Source: an uncultured bacterium (GTDB lineage Bacteria; Verrucomicrobiota; Verrucomicrobiia; Verrucomicrobiales; DEV007). From it: a stretch of DNA of 64,000 bases. Where the stretch lies: the NCBI GenBank assembly GCA_963977015.1, contig CAXBMO010000001.1, positions 64,001 through 128,000 on the forward strand. Reading direction: 5' to 3'. Positions 23,780-32,392 of this stretch are shown here, in pieces; the stretch's first letter is position 1, and the number at the start of each line of letters is the position of its first letter. Under the pieces are notes generated by a model. It searched no databases and was not told the DNA's origin. It was given only the letters and a program-made list of their open reading frames with translations. The translations under genes and the position numbers were made by a program.

Positions 23780-23816
23780 GGTTCGCGATTCCGAGCCGAA
23801 ATACTTCTTACCAATT

Positions 23817-23853
23817 AGGCGCGTCTGTTCGATATCGGGCAGGCGCGCCTTTT
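23817..23853 (+). terminator. Rho-independent terminator after rpoC
   Basis: AGGCGCGTCTGTTCGA/TCGGGCAGGCGCGCCT hairpin followed by a T run. Confidence 0.8.
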
Positions 23854-24151
23854 GGTTTCGGGGCTCTGAGTGAATATCGGCACAGAAAAGGCCCCGTTTG
23901 AAATAGGGGCCGCTTCAATTTTGTGCCTGCCAGATATTTTCCCGATCGGGTTGTCGCTCTCTGGCGAGAGTGAGATGTCGCTTACCGTGGAGAGGGGGCC
24001 GACACCTTGTTGAGAGGGACGCAGAGGTGATCTGCGATCGGCAAGAACTCAGTACGAAGCCAAAAATACTGTTGTCGATCTTCCGTTAGCCGTCCTGTGC
24101 TCGTTGTTCGAGCTTCTCCAAATCATTGGATATCAGTTCACTGAAAGTGCT

Positions 24152-25105
24152 CTAGTCCTGATCTTGGGAACCGACGGTTCCCTTTGGCTTGTCGGGATCT
24201 TCGCGAACAAAGACGCGCATTTGGCCAAACCCTGTTCGTTCGCCAGTCTTCAACTTGAGTTGGAGGGTGTGGCCATCCTTGTCGATTTCAATTTTGTCAG
24301 CCATCTCCAAGCCCTGCACAGTCAAACCTTCAATCGGGTCATCAAAGGTGATGCTGCGAACGACGAACTCGTTGGAGTCCTGTTCGCTCTCGTCCCCATC
24401 CAGTTGAATCAGGTAACTTCGCATCCCATCACTGGGAACTTCGCGAGCCCCTCCCTCACCCGGAGTTTGGTCCATGGTGATTTGTTGGCCTGGTTCAAGA
24501 CTGGTTTCTTTTTCGACCACGACAGTGGGGCCAGGCTCACTCGAACCAATGACCACAGAGCCATAGTTGTTGGTGGCACTTTGGCCGTCCAGCATCGGTA
24601 ATTTGTGGGTTGGATTTGCGGCCAACGTGCTTTCAGGTCTTTCGGAATCTCCAGATTCCCATTCCATCGCGTCCGTGGCGACCAATGGTTGGTTCGATTC
24701 CGAAGAGTTAAAGAAATCGGGTGCGACGTAGACTGCCACGATGATCGCTGCAGCTGCCGCAATTCCTGCGGACCAAGCAATCTTACGACTCCCTGGAAAT
24801 GTGATGATTTTCGAGCCGTTGATCTTGTCGTCGGCTTCTTTGAGTTTGGGAATCAACTCGGCGATGAATTCCTCGGATGTTTCCTGGGCCCTGACCCGGG
24901 TTTCCAAACCGTCGAGAAAGGCCGAAAAGGAGCGCTCCGGGTTCAAGCTCTGTTCCAGCAGGTCTACGAAGGCTAGTTCGCTCTTGGCCTTCTGAACCCG
25001 GACTGGATCCTGAGTCAGGAGTTCCGCGAACTCGTCTGTTTGGCTCGGAGAAAGATCTCCATCGACCAATTCGCTCAATAGTTCCTGATATCGTTCAGCA
25101 CTCAT
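24152..25105 (-). CDS. Putative membrane anti-sigma factor
   Basis: ATGA overlap with ECF sigma gene; N-terminal LLSELVDGDLS anti-sigma-like helices, one TM (IAAAAAIIVAVYV), extracytoplasmic C-terminus. Confidence 0.7.
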   Translation of the reverse strand: MSAERYQELLSELVDGDLSPSQTDEFAELLTQDPVRVQKAKSELAFVDLLEQSLNPERSFSAFLDGLETRVRAQETSEEFIAELIPKLKEADDKINGSKIITFPGSRKIAWSAGIAAAAAIIVAVYVAPDFFNSSESNQPLVATDAMEWESGDSERPESTLAANPTHKLPMLDGQSATNNYGSVVIGSSEPGPTVVVEKETSLEPGQQITMDQTPGEGGAREVPSDGMRSYLIQLDGDESEQDSNEFVVRSITFDDPIEGLTVQGLEMADKIEIDKDGHTLQLKLKTGERTGFGQMRVFVREDPDKPKGTVGSQDQD

Positions 25106-25647
25106 ATTTGTGGTTGGGTTGTAGTCTCCGCGAGACGCAGCTCCATACATTTTCGGATCTGGGCGCGGATGCGTTCTAACGACTTCCGCACAGCAGCAGC
25201 TTTCATACCCAGAACCTCTGCCAGATCAGAAGCTCTGACATTTTTTTCATAACGTTGGCGAACCATCTCCCGGCTTTTCCCGGGAATTTGGTCCAAACAC
25301 TCTTTTAAAGCCCGGACTCGACTGCGGTCCTCATCGGTCATTCCCTCTTCCTCATCAGAGGCGCTGGAAGTCGACATCAAAATGTCGGTCACATTGTCGT
25401 GGAGTATCCGGCTCCTCCGCGCCGATTTGCGGCGGTCATTGAGAACACAATTGCGGGCAATTCCCCAGACCCAGTTGCGGAATGGCAGAGTCTCGTCGTA
25501 TTGGTCGCGCCGTTCGTAGGCGATAACGAGGGCCTCCTGGGCCACATCATCAACCCACATGCCATCAATGCCGAGAGATCGAATAAATGCTCTCAAGCCG
25601 GCTTGGTGTTCTCGCACCTGTTCTACAAATTGTTCGTTGCTGAGCAT
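25102..25647 (-). CDS. ECF-type sigma-70 factor
   Basis: Region 2 (DDVAQEAL, FRNWVWGIARN) and region 4 HTH (LAEVLGMKAAAVRKSLERIR). Confidence 0.92.
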   Translation of the reverse strand: MLSNEQFVEQVREHQAGLRAFIRSLGIDGMWVDDVAQEALVIAYERRDQYDETLPFRNWVWGIARNCVLNDRRKSARRSRILHDNVTDILMSTSSASDEEEGMTDEDRSRVRALKECLDQIPGKSREMVRQRYEKNVRASDLAEVLGMKAAAVRKSLERIRAQIRKCMELRLAETTTQPQI

Positions 25648-26122
25648 AGGTTTGCTTGCATAAGAAGATTGTCATGAAACTCCCAGATGTGACAGCCGAA
25701 AAATGTTGAGCAATTGATCCTTGGATGATGCAAAAGTGCCCTCGCAAATTTTCAACGTATCCGTCACACCGGGAGTTTGAGAGACAACTCTTCCCTGGAA
25801 GGCGCGAATTCTAGAATTTCGTTACTTCCACTCCCAATTTTTTAACCACCACAGAACTGTGGGAGGAGGAATGGTCGCTCATCCTTCTAAACACAGCCCA
25901 CAGCGCCTCTCATACCCTGCCCGCCTTGGTCGGCGTCTTCAGTTACCCAACTGGACTGCCGACCAAGGTTTTTTCTTTTCGGGGAGGGTTTGTATTCGCC
26001 AAAGTTTAAAATTTTTGGCAAAAAAGGGTTCCGTTTTTGCAACTTAGTTGGTCTGCATAGCTTGTGAAGCGGGTGCCACGTGGTATCTTTTTCAGAATTT
26101 CCAAAAGACGCCTGAAAATTCG

Positions 26123-27211
26123 ATGCTCTCAGCCAAACAGACCGGCATTTTGCTGCTTCTCCTTGTTTTGACAGGAGTGTTTTCCGGTTTTGTGAGCACG
26201 ACTTATCAGGAAAAAGTTGAAGTCGAGCTGCTGGCGAGAGTCGGGGAGGCGCTTCACGCGGATCCGATGCTGCAAAGCGTTGAGCCTGTGTTTGATGGCT
26301 TGACGGGAATGCTGGATGGGATCGTCGCGGAACCGAGTCTGATTAAACATGCTCAAGAGGTTGCCGAGCGAGCGGCTCCCGGAGTGCGTTTTGTCGAAAA
26401 CCGGATCAGTCTGGCAAGCGAGTCACCGCGGCTGCAGGCAGAGTTTGAGGGGAATTCCTTGGTCCTGCGTGGTGAAGTCTCCGATGTGAACATTCGGGAT
26501 CAGCTTGTTAAAATGGCGGCGAATCTTGAACATGTGGAGGAAGTTCGCGATCAGCTGGCAGTCGATGCAGGCGTGCGGAGGGCAGAATGGATGACGAGTT
26601 TTGTGGAATTCTTGCCCCAATTTGTGGGAGTCGCGACGGTTGGTGTTGCTGAAGCGACCGATGGGAGTTGGTCGCTGGTTGGCGAAGTCGAGGGGCCGAA
26701 AATACGGCAGGACTTGATCGCGACTTGGGAGAAGATTGTCCCGGGGGGAGCAGATCTAAAATTGGCTGATTTGAAAGTGAAGCAATCCGGGGCTGAGCGG
26801 ACCAAAAAGCCTTCATCCGGAGAGCAATCGCACGTCGGCTCGGAAGCGACTGTGGAGTCGCAACTTGCGGATCGTCTAGAGCAACTGACGGTCTATTTTC
26901 CGGTCAATTCCAGTCTCATGGATGAGTTGGAAGAAGCCAAATTGGTCGAAGTCGCCAACGTTCTCCATGAACTCAAGGGGAGGCAGGAGCTGGAGCTGGT
27001 CGCTTTCAGTGACAATCAGGGCGATTCGGAATACAATTTGTGGCTCAGTAACAAGCGGGCGGTTCGGGTGCGGGATTCGTTGCAGGCGAAAGGTGTCGTC
27101 ATTCGCTCGACCCGAGTGGAGAAGTCGCCAATTGAGCAGGGATCAGGCAATGACCGAACCATAGATCAATTGCAGCAGCAACGGCGCGTCGAGTTGCGAC
27201 TCGTGAAGTAG
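26123..27211 (+). CDS. Membrane-anchored BON-domain + OmpA-like peptidoglycan-binding protein
   Basis: N-terminal TM; BON-like repeats (LVLRGEV, EVRDQLAV); C-terminal OmpA-like domain (VYFPVNSS, SDNQGDSEYNLWLSNKRA, RRVEL). Confidence 0.8.
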   Translation: MLSAKQTGILLLLLVLTGVFSGFVSTTYQEKVEVELLARVGEALHADPMLQSVEPVFDGLTGMLDGIVAEPSLIKHAQEVAERAAPGVRFVENRISLASESPRLQAEFEGNSLVLRGEVSDVNIRDQLVKMAANLEHVEEVRDQLAVDAGVRRAEWMTSFVEFLPQFVGVATVGVAEATDGSWSLVGEVEGPKIRQDLIATWEKIVPGGADLKLADLKVKQSGAERTKKPSSGEQSHVGSEATVESQLADRLEQLTVYFPVNSSLMDELEEAKLVEVANVLHELKGRQELELVAFSDNQGDSEYNLWLSNKRAVRVRDSLQAKGVVIRSTRVEKSPIEQGSGNDRTIDQLQQQRRVELRLVK

Positions 27212-27218
27212 ACTTACC

Positions 27219-27407
27219 ATGATGATTCCCGATATTTTCGTTCCAACGCTGAGTGGCGCACTCATTTTGGCATTTCTGGGATTTGCGATTGGAGCCTTCG
27301 TCGGATGGATTCTTTGGCGGCGAAATTTGGCAGAATCTCGTGATCTGATCGAAAGCCTTCGAATGCTCAAAGAAGAAGTAACGCTCCTTCGCAAAGGGGA
27401 TTCCTAA
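27219..27407 (+). CDS. Small single-TM protein
   Basis: 62 aa, hydrophobic helix followed by WRR and a short coiled segment; tightly packed in operon. Confidence 0.65.
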   Translation: MMIPDIFVPTLSGALILAFLGFAIGAFVGWILWRRNLAESRDLIESLRMLKEEVTLLRKGDS

Positions 27408-27425
27408 ACTAAGAACCAACTCTCC

Positions 27426-29009
27426 TTGAACCCGGATATAGTCATCTTTTTGCTGAAATCTTACGGTCTTTGGACCTGGGGGTTTCTCGGTGTCTCGATG
27501 CTACTGGGGGTGATGTTTGCGAGCGATCGTTGGAATTACACGTCGCGTCGCCTTGCAAAGCTTCAGGATCAACGTTCGAAATTGGAGCAGGAACTTCGCG
27601 AACTCCGGCAGAAACAGGACTGGGCGACGGACGTTCCCTCCGCAGGGCAAGGCGCTGGCGATCTGATTGTCGAGGATCAGGATTTGGTTCCGCCGAAAAA
27701 CGGCGGTGCTGCTGCCGTGATCCTTGAGTCCGATACCGGCAATGTTGATCACCGCGCCGTGATCGAGAAGTATTTTTCCAACGAGTCCGTCGAGGTTGAT
27801 CCCGATTTCGGAATTCTCTACACGAGTGTTCCCAACGTCATCGATCCATTGCGGCTGGTTCGAGGAGTTGGACCGCGGGTGGAGTACAGTCTGAATGAAT
27901 TGGGGGTTTTTCGGTTCAAGCAGATCGCCAATTGGTCTGACGGGAATGTGGCAGCCTTTGCCCGATCGCTTCCCCAAGGCCACGTCAACATCAAGCGCGA
28001 TAAATGGCCCCGGCAATCTCATTCACTTTGGCAGATGGTTGCGGGCAGTGCAGAGCCGGCTGAGGAAGTCGACTATGAATCCAAAATTTTGAGCGAGTTT
28101 CGCGGCGAGGCGGTGACGGCGGATCCAAATCTTGGAGTTGTCTACACGGGGATCATGACGGTTCCCGACTCATTGCAACGGATTGAAGGGATTGACGCCG
28201 TCATGGCTGAAGCGTTGGGAAATCTCGGGATTCACCGCTTCGCCCAGGTTTCAACCTGGTCTCGTCGCAGCATGGAGCAGATTGCTGGTCGGCTCTCGAT
28301 TTCGCCGCAACAGATCGTTGATCAACGATGGATTCCGCAGTCTCGACTGCTGGAATGGGAACGCCAGACCGCAAGCCCAGAGTGGGGGACCACCAAACCG
28401 ACCATGACGGATTATGCGGCGAAAGCATCCCGGGATTACGAGGGGGAACCATTGGGACTGAGCATCAGCATGGGGATTATCTACAAGACGGCCCCTGCAA
28501 TCGTGGATGATCTGACCGAGATCTTTGGAATCGATCAATCGACTGCCCAAAAACTGAATGGCGAAGGCGTTTGGAAGTATCAGCAGATCGCCGATTGGTC
28601 GGATGCGAACGTGAAGGCTTTTGCCTCTCGACTGGGGGTAACTCGCGACATGATTCTGGGCCAGCGTTGGATTCCACAGGCCGAGCGCTTTGCGGCGACG
28701 GCGCGGAAAAGAGCCGCCTTTGCCGGCGAAAGCTTTCGAACCGATCCCAAGCTGGGCATCGTCTACTACATGGAGCCGCCCAATGCGGATGACTTGTCCA
28801 GAATCAAGGGAATGACACCCGAATTGGCAGCTGTGCTCAATCGAGAAGGAGTCTTCACCTACAAACAAATTGCACTTTGGGAGCCTTCAAATCTGGAGGT
28901 GTTTGCCGGTCGCGCGGGTGTTGATCTTGGTGGAATTCTCCGGGATGGCTGGATTCATCAATCCCAGCAACTCCATCTTGAGAAGTATGGAGTCGAAATG
29001 AAGGGCTGA
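27426..29009 (+). CDS. Membrane-anchored protein with four COG3743-like helix-hairpin-helix repeats
   Basis: TM + coiled coil, then four repeats of D.L..I.G(I/V).P....L...G...(F/Y).QIA.W ... W..Q. Confidence 0.75.
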   Translation: MNPDIVIFLLKSYGLWTWGFLGVSMLLGVMFASDRWNYTSRRLAKLQDQRSKLEQELRELRQKQDWATDVPSAGQGAGDLIVEDQDLVPPKNGGAAAVILESDTGNVDHRAVIEKYFSNESVEVDPDFGILYTSVPNVIDPLRLVRGVGPRVEYSLNELGVFRFKQIANWSDGNVAAFARSLPQGHVNIKRDKWPRQSHSLWQMVAGSAEPAEEVDYESKILSEFRGEAVTADPNLGVVYTGIMTVPDSLQRIEGIDAVMAEALGNLGIHRFAQVSTWSRRSMEQIAGRLSISPQQIVDQRWIPQSRLLEWERQTASPEWGTTKPTMTDYAAKASRDYEGEPLGLSISMGIIYKTAPAIVDDLTEIFGIDQSTAQKLNGEGVWKYQQIADWSDANVKAFASRLGVTRDMILGQRWIPQAERFAATARKRAAFAGESFRTDPKLGIVYYMEPPNADDLSRIKGMTPELAAVLNREGVFTYKQIALWEPSNLEVFAGRAGVDLGGILRDGWIHQSQQLHLEKYGVEMKG

Positions 29010-29053
29010 TTCCCGATTGACCATGGAGCAACTCTTCGCTTTCATGGTCCCGT

Positions 29054-30085
29054 ATGAAAAAACTTAACGTCGGGATCGCTGGTTATGGCTGGGCGGCCAC
29101 TGCCCATATTGGCGCCATTCAAAACACGAGATTGGGTCAGGTTGGGGCCATCTATTCGTCCCGAGCGGCCGAACTCGATGTTTCCGAACACGGGAAAGAC
29201 GTTAAGCTCTACTCGAGCTTCGACGAAATGGTTGCCGACCCGGACCTCGATGTCATCGATATCACGAGCTACCCGAATCAGCACAAAGAGCAGGCCATCA
29301 AGGTGGCGGAAGCCGGTAAACACCTCATTATCGAGAAGCCGTTGGCCCTGAGCCTCGAAGATTGCCGTGCGATTCGCGACGCGGTGGCGCAGGCTGGAGT
29401 TAAGAGCTGCGTTTGCTTCGAATGCCGCTATTCCGGCCAATTTGTCACTACAAAGAAACTCATCGACGATGGCGTTCTGGGAAGCGTCCACTACGGCGAG
29501 ATTGACTATTATCATGGCGTTGGCCCGTGGTATGGGCAGTTTCGCTGGAATGTGAAAAAGGAGAATGGAGGAAGTTCTCTGCTCTCAGCAGGATGCCATG
29601 CACTTGATGCGTTGCTGCTTTGTATGGATGGTGAGGTGGAAAGTGTTACGAGCTATGCCACGGGCTCCAAAAACGAGATCTTCAGCCAATACGAGTATCC
29701 CACAACCAGCGTTCAGATTCTGAAATTTGCAGACGGTCGAATTGGAAAATGCGCTTCGGTCATCGATTGCCTTCAGCCTTACTATTTTCATACCCATTTG
29801 GTGGGCAGTGAAGGAAGCCTTTTGGATGACAAGTTCCATTCCAACAAGTTTGGCGCCTTGAAGAAGGACGGTTGGAGCAAGTTAAATATGGCGTTGATGG
29901 ATTCAGGCGATGTTGCGGATCATCCTTACCAGGTTCAGTTTGATGCCTTTTTTGATGCGTTGGAGCAGGGGCAGTCGATGCCGCTGACGAGCCTGGAGGA
30001 AGCCTACAAATCGTTCGAAGTCATCTTTGCGTGCGACAAGTCGGCCAATGAAGGGCGCGAGGTGAAGTTGAGTGAACTTCGATAG
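29054..30085 (+). CDS. Gfo/Idh/MocA family oxidoreductase
   Basis: VGIAGYGWA, GKHLIIEKPLA, GCHALD. Confidence 0.9.
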   Translation: MKKLNVGIAGYGWAATAHIGAIQNTRLGQVGAIYSSRAAELDVSEHGKDVKLYSSFDEMVADPDLDVIDITSYPNQHKEQAIKVAEAGKHLIIEKPLALSLEDCRAIRDAVAQAGVKSCVCFECRYSGQFVTTKKLIDDGVLGSVHYGEIDYYHGVGPWYGQFRWNVKKENGGSSLLSAGCHALDALLLCMDGEVESVTSYATGSKNEIFSQYEYPTTSVQILKFADGRIGKCASVIDCLQPYYFHTHLVGSEGSLLDDKFHSNKFGALKKDGWSKLNMALMDSGDVADHPYQVQFDAFFDALEQGQSMPLTSLEEAYKSFEVIFACDKSANEGREVKLSELR

Positions 30086-30106
30086 TTCAAGGCCGAAAAC
30101 TATCTT

Positions 30107-31216
30107 ATGAGCCCCGAAACATTTTGCCGGTGGGGCATTCTCAGCACTGCTGGAATTGCCCGCAAAAATTGGCAGGCAATCCATAATTCTGGAAATGGTC
30201 AAATTGTTGCAGTTGCGAGCCGCGATGCTGGAAAAGCTGCGCAATTTATTACGGAATGCCAAGCCGAGGCACCATTTTCGCCTCCACCAGAGGCCGTTGC
30301 TGGTTACGAGGGCCTGCTTGCTCGCAATGACATTGACGCGGTCTACATTCCACTTCCGACCGGGCTCCGCAAAGAATGGGTAATCAAGGCAGCCCAGGCC
30401 GGGAAACATGTTCTGTGTGAGAAGCCCTGCGCAATCAACGCCGCGGATCTTCGCGAAATGGTCGAAGCCTGCAGGGCCAACAACGTGCAATTCATGGACG
30501 GCATCATGTACATGCACAGCAAGCGGATGGATGCCTTGCGCGAGGTGATTGACGATGGGCAGAGCATCGGTGAAATCCGCCGAATCACGACCCAGTTCAG
30601 CTTCTGTGCGCCTCAGGATTTCCTGGCGGAAAATATTCGGTTAAACAGTTCCCTGGAGCCTGCCGGTTGCCTGGGGGACTTGGGATGGTACACCATCCGG
30701 TTCATCCTTTGGACTTTGAACTACGAGATGCCAAACAGCGTATCGGCACGCCTCATCTCAGGCGCCGGTCGGAGCGACAGCCCCGACAAAGTTCCAACGC
30801 AATTCAGCGCGGAACTGTTCTTTGGTAACGATGTAACCGCCAGTTTCTTTAATTCGTTTCGAACCGAGCATCAGCAATGGGCCAACGTCAGTGGCTCAAA
30901 GGGGCATCTAACGGTGAATGACTTTGTCTTGCCGTATTGCGGCAATGAACTGGATTTCACGGTCTCCAATGCCCATTTCGATGTCCGAAACACCCAGTTT
31001 GTGATGGAGCGCCATGACCGCAGGATTGCGGTTTCAGAGTATTCGAACAATCACCCGACCGCTCAAGAGACGAACCTCTTTCGCCGATTTGGCGAACTGG
31101 TGATTGGTGGTCAACCCGATGAACACTGGGCGGAAATTGCCCTCAAGACGCAACGGGTGCTCGACATCTGCCTTGAATCCGCACGAGCCAGCGGTGAGGA
31201 GCTTCCTTTAGATTGA
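30107..31216 (+). CDS. Gfo/Idh/MocA family oxidoreductase
   Basis: WGILSTAGIA, GKHVLCEKP, GCLGDLGWY. Confidence 0.9.
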   Translation: MSPETFCRWGILSTAGIARKNWQAIHNSGNGQIVAVASRDAGKAAQFITECQAEAPFSPPPEAVAGYEGLLARNDIDAVYIPLPTGLRKEWVIKAAQAGKHVLCEKPCAINAADLREMVEACRANNVQFMDGIMYMHSKRMDALREVIDDGQSIGEIRRITTQFSFCAPQDFLAENIRLNSSLEPAGCLGDLGWYTIRFILWTLNYEMPNSVSARLISGAGRSDSPDKVPTQFSAELFFGNDVTASFFNSFRTEHQQWANVSGSKGHLTVNDFVLPYCGNELDFTVSNAHFDVRNTQFVMERHDRRIAVSEYSNNHPTAQETNLFRRFGELVIGGQPDEHWAEIALKTQRVLDICLESARASGEELPLD

Positions 31217-31367
31217 TTCAATGGGCTGACCTTCGCCCCGGATTGGGCGCACCGAAGGAGAAGTCCATCTCAAATTGGCGAGTGGAAGCTTGATCTGCAA
31301 TCAAGTCACTGGCGCCCTCATTTGGCTACCAAATTGCGGGGTCTTGTTCTCCTGATCGTTTCCCTGA

Positions 31368-31395
31368 AGCAGGGACGAACAGCAGGGACGAACAG
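31368..31395. repeat. Tandem duplication AGCAGGGACGAAC x2
   Basis: Exact 13-nt direct repeat plus AG; first copy can pair with upstream CTGATCGTTTCCCTG. Confidence 0.85.
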
Positions 31396-31444
31396 AAAAG
31401 TGGGTTGGCTCAATCTCGCCATCGCTCGAGCGCCCCTCGCGGAG

Positions 31445-31487
31445 AAAAGAAAAACGGGGTGACAGATCAAAGATCCATCACCCCGTT
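31445..31487 (-). terminator. Rho-independent terminator of the porin gene
   Basis: AACGGGGTGA/TCACCCCGTT stem followed on the minus strand by a T-rich tail. Confidence 0.8.
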
Positions 31488-31521
31488 GGAAAAGAATTAA
31501 ATCTTTAGAATCAGCAGTGTC

Positions 31522-32247
31522 TTAGAAAGAAACCGTGACGCTTGCACCACCGTGCACGTCGTCATCTTCACCTGCGTCAGACAAGTCCTCGAGAGGGAAG
31601 TTGCCACCGACGTAGATGTCGAACGTTGCTGCTTCCGTCATGGACCAGCTAAGGCCAGCGGTAGCGAATGCGTGGTTGAAGCTGCTAACACCGTAGTAGT
31701 CATCGCCGTAGCCAATGCCTGCTCCGAGTCCAAGCTCAAGACAATCGGTAAGAGGAATGCCTTTGCTTGCGCTCAGCTCGTAATACCAGCCAGCGGTGGT
31801 TTCGTCATAGACGACCAATGCGCCCAAGTCGAAGATGTCACCAACGGAGTAACCGAGGCTAAGAGCACCTTCCAGTGCTTCAGTATCAGCTTCTGCGAAG
31901 TAGAACCAAGTAGCACCAATGCCTGCGTCGAAAATCCACAATGGGAAGTTCAAGAATGCATAGACGTCCAACTCATCAAAGTTAGCTGGATCTTGAGTTG
32001 GGTTGATGTACCAAGTTCCGAAGTTCAAGCTCAGCGTGTCGCTGAAGTCGTAGTTCAGATCTACTCCGGTCCAAGGTGCGTCGCTTCCGAAATCGGTACC
32101 ACGGAACAGGTAAGTGGTTTCGTAACCTGCAGAAACAGAACCGTAGAATGGAACTGCGCATACGGGATCTTCAATAACTGGCATTTCACCACCGACCAGG
32201 ATTGCTGGAGCAGCTAGTGTCGCCAAGAGGACAGTTAGTTTTTTCAT
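31522..32247 (-). CDS. Putative outer-membrane beta-barrel porin (TorF/Gcw_chp-like)
   Basis: Signal peptide MKKLTVLLA, TYLFRG motif, alternating beta-strands, C-terminal Phe. Confidence 0.75.
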   Translation of the reverse strand: MKKLTVLLATLAAPAILVGGEMPVIEDPVCAVPFYGSVSAGYETTYLFRGTDFGSDAPWTGVDLNYDFSDTLSLNFGTWYINPTQDPANFDELDVYAFLNFPLWIFDAGIGATWFYFAEADTEALEGALSLGYSVGDIFDLGALVVYDETTAGWYYELSASKGIPLTDCLELGLGAGIGYGDDYYGVSSFNHAFATAGLSWSMTEAATFDIYVGGNFPLEDLSDAGEDDDVHGGASVTVSF

Positions 32248-32302
32248 ATTAAGGTGTGTTGACTTGTGTTGGTTGTTTACTCGAAACGTGAGTTGAATAC
32301 AG

Positions 32303-32319
32303 AGCAGAAAGGATGCCAA
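32303..32319 (-). promoter_or_regulatory. Sigma-54 promoter (porin)
   Basis: Minus strand TTGGCATCCTTTCTGCT (GG-N10-GC), ~55 nt before ATG. Confidence 0.7.
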
Positions 32320-32392
32320 GTTAGGATAAATCGTTCCCCGGCGCTTTAAATCAGTATTCGTGCGGGACTCTAACAGTAAGCTTTGAAATAAT

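Noticed and set aside
31352-31395. Twin GGGACGA motifs resembling a guanidine-II (mini-ykkC) riboswitch
   Set aside because: The ACGA segments are not closed by complementary stems and the site lies between convergent gene ends; it is better explained as a 13-nt tandem duplication.
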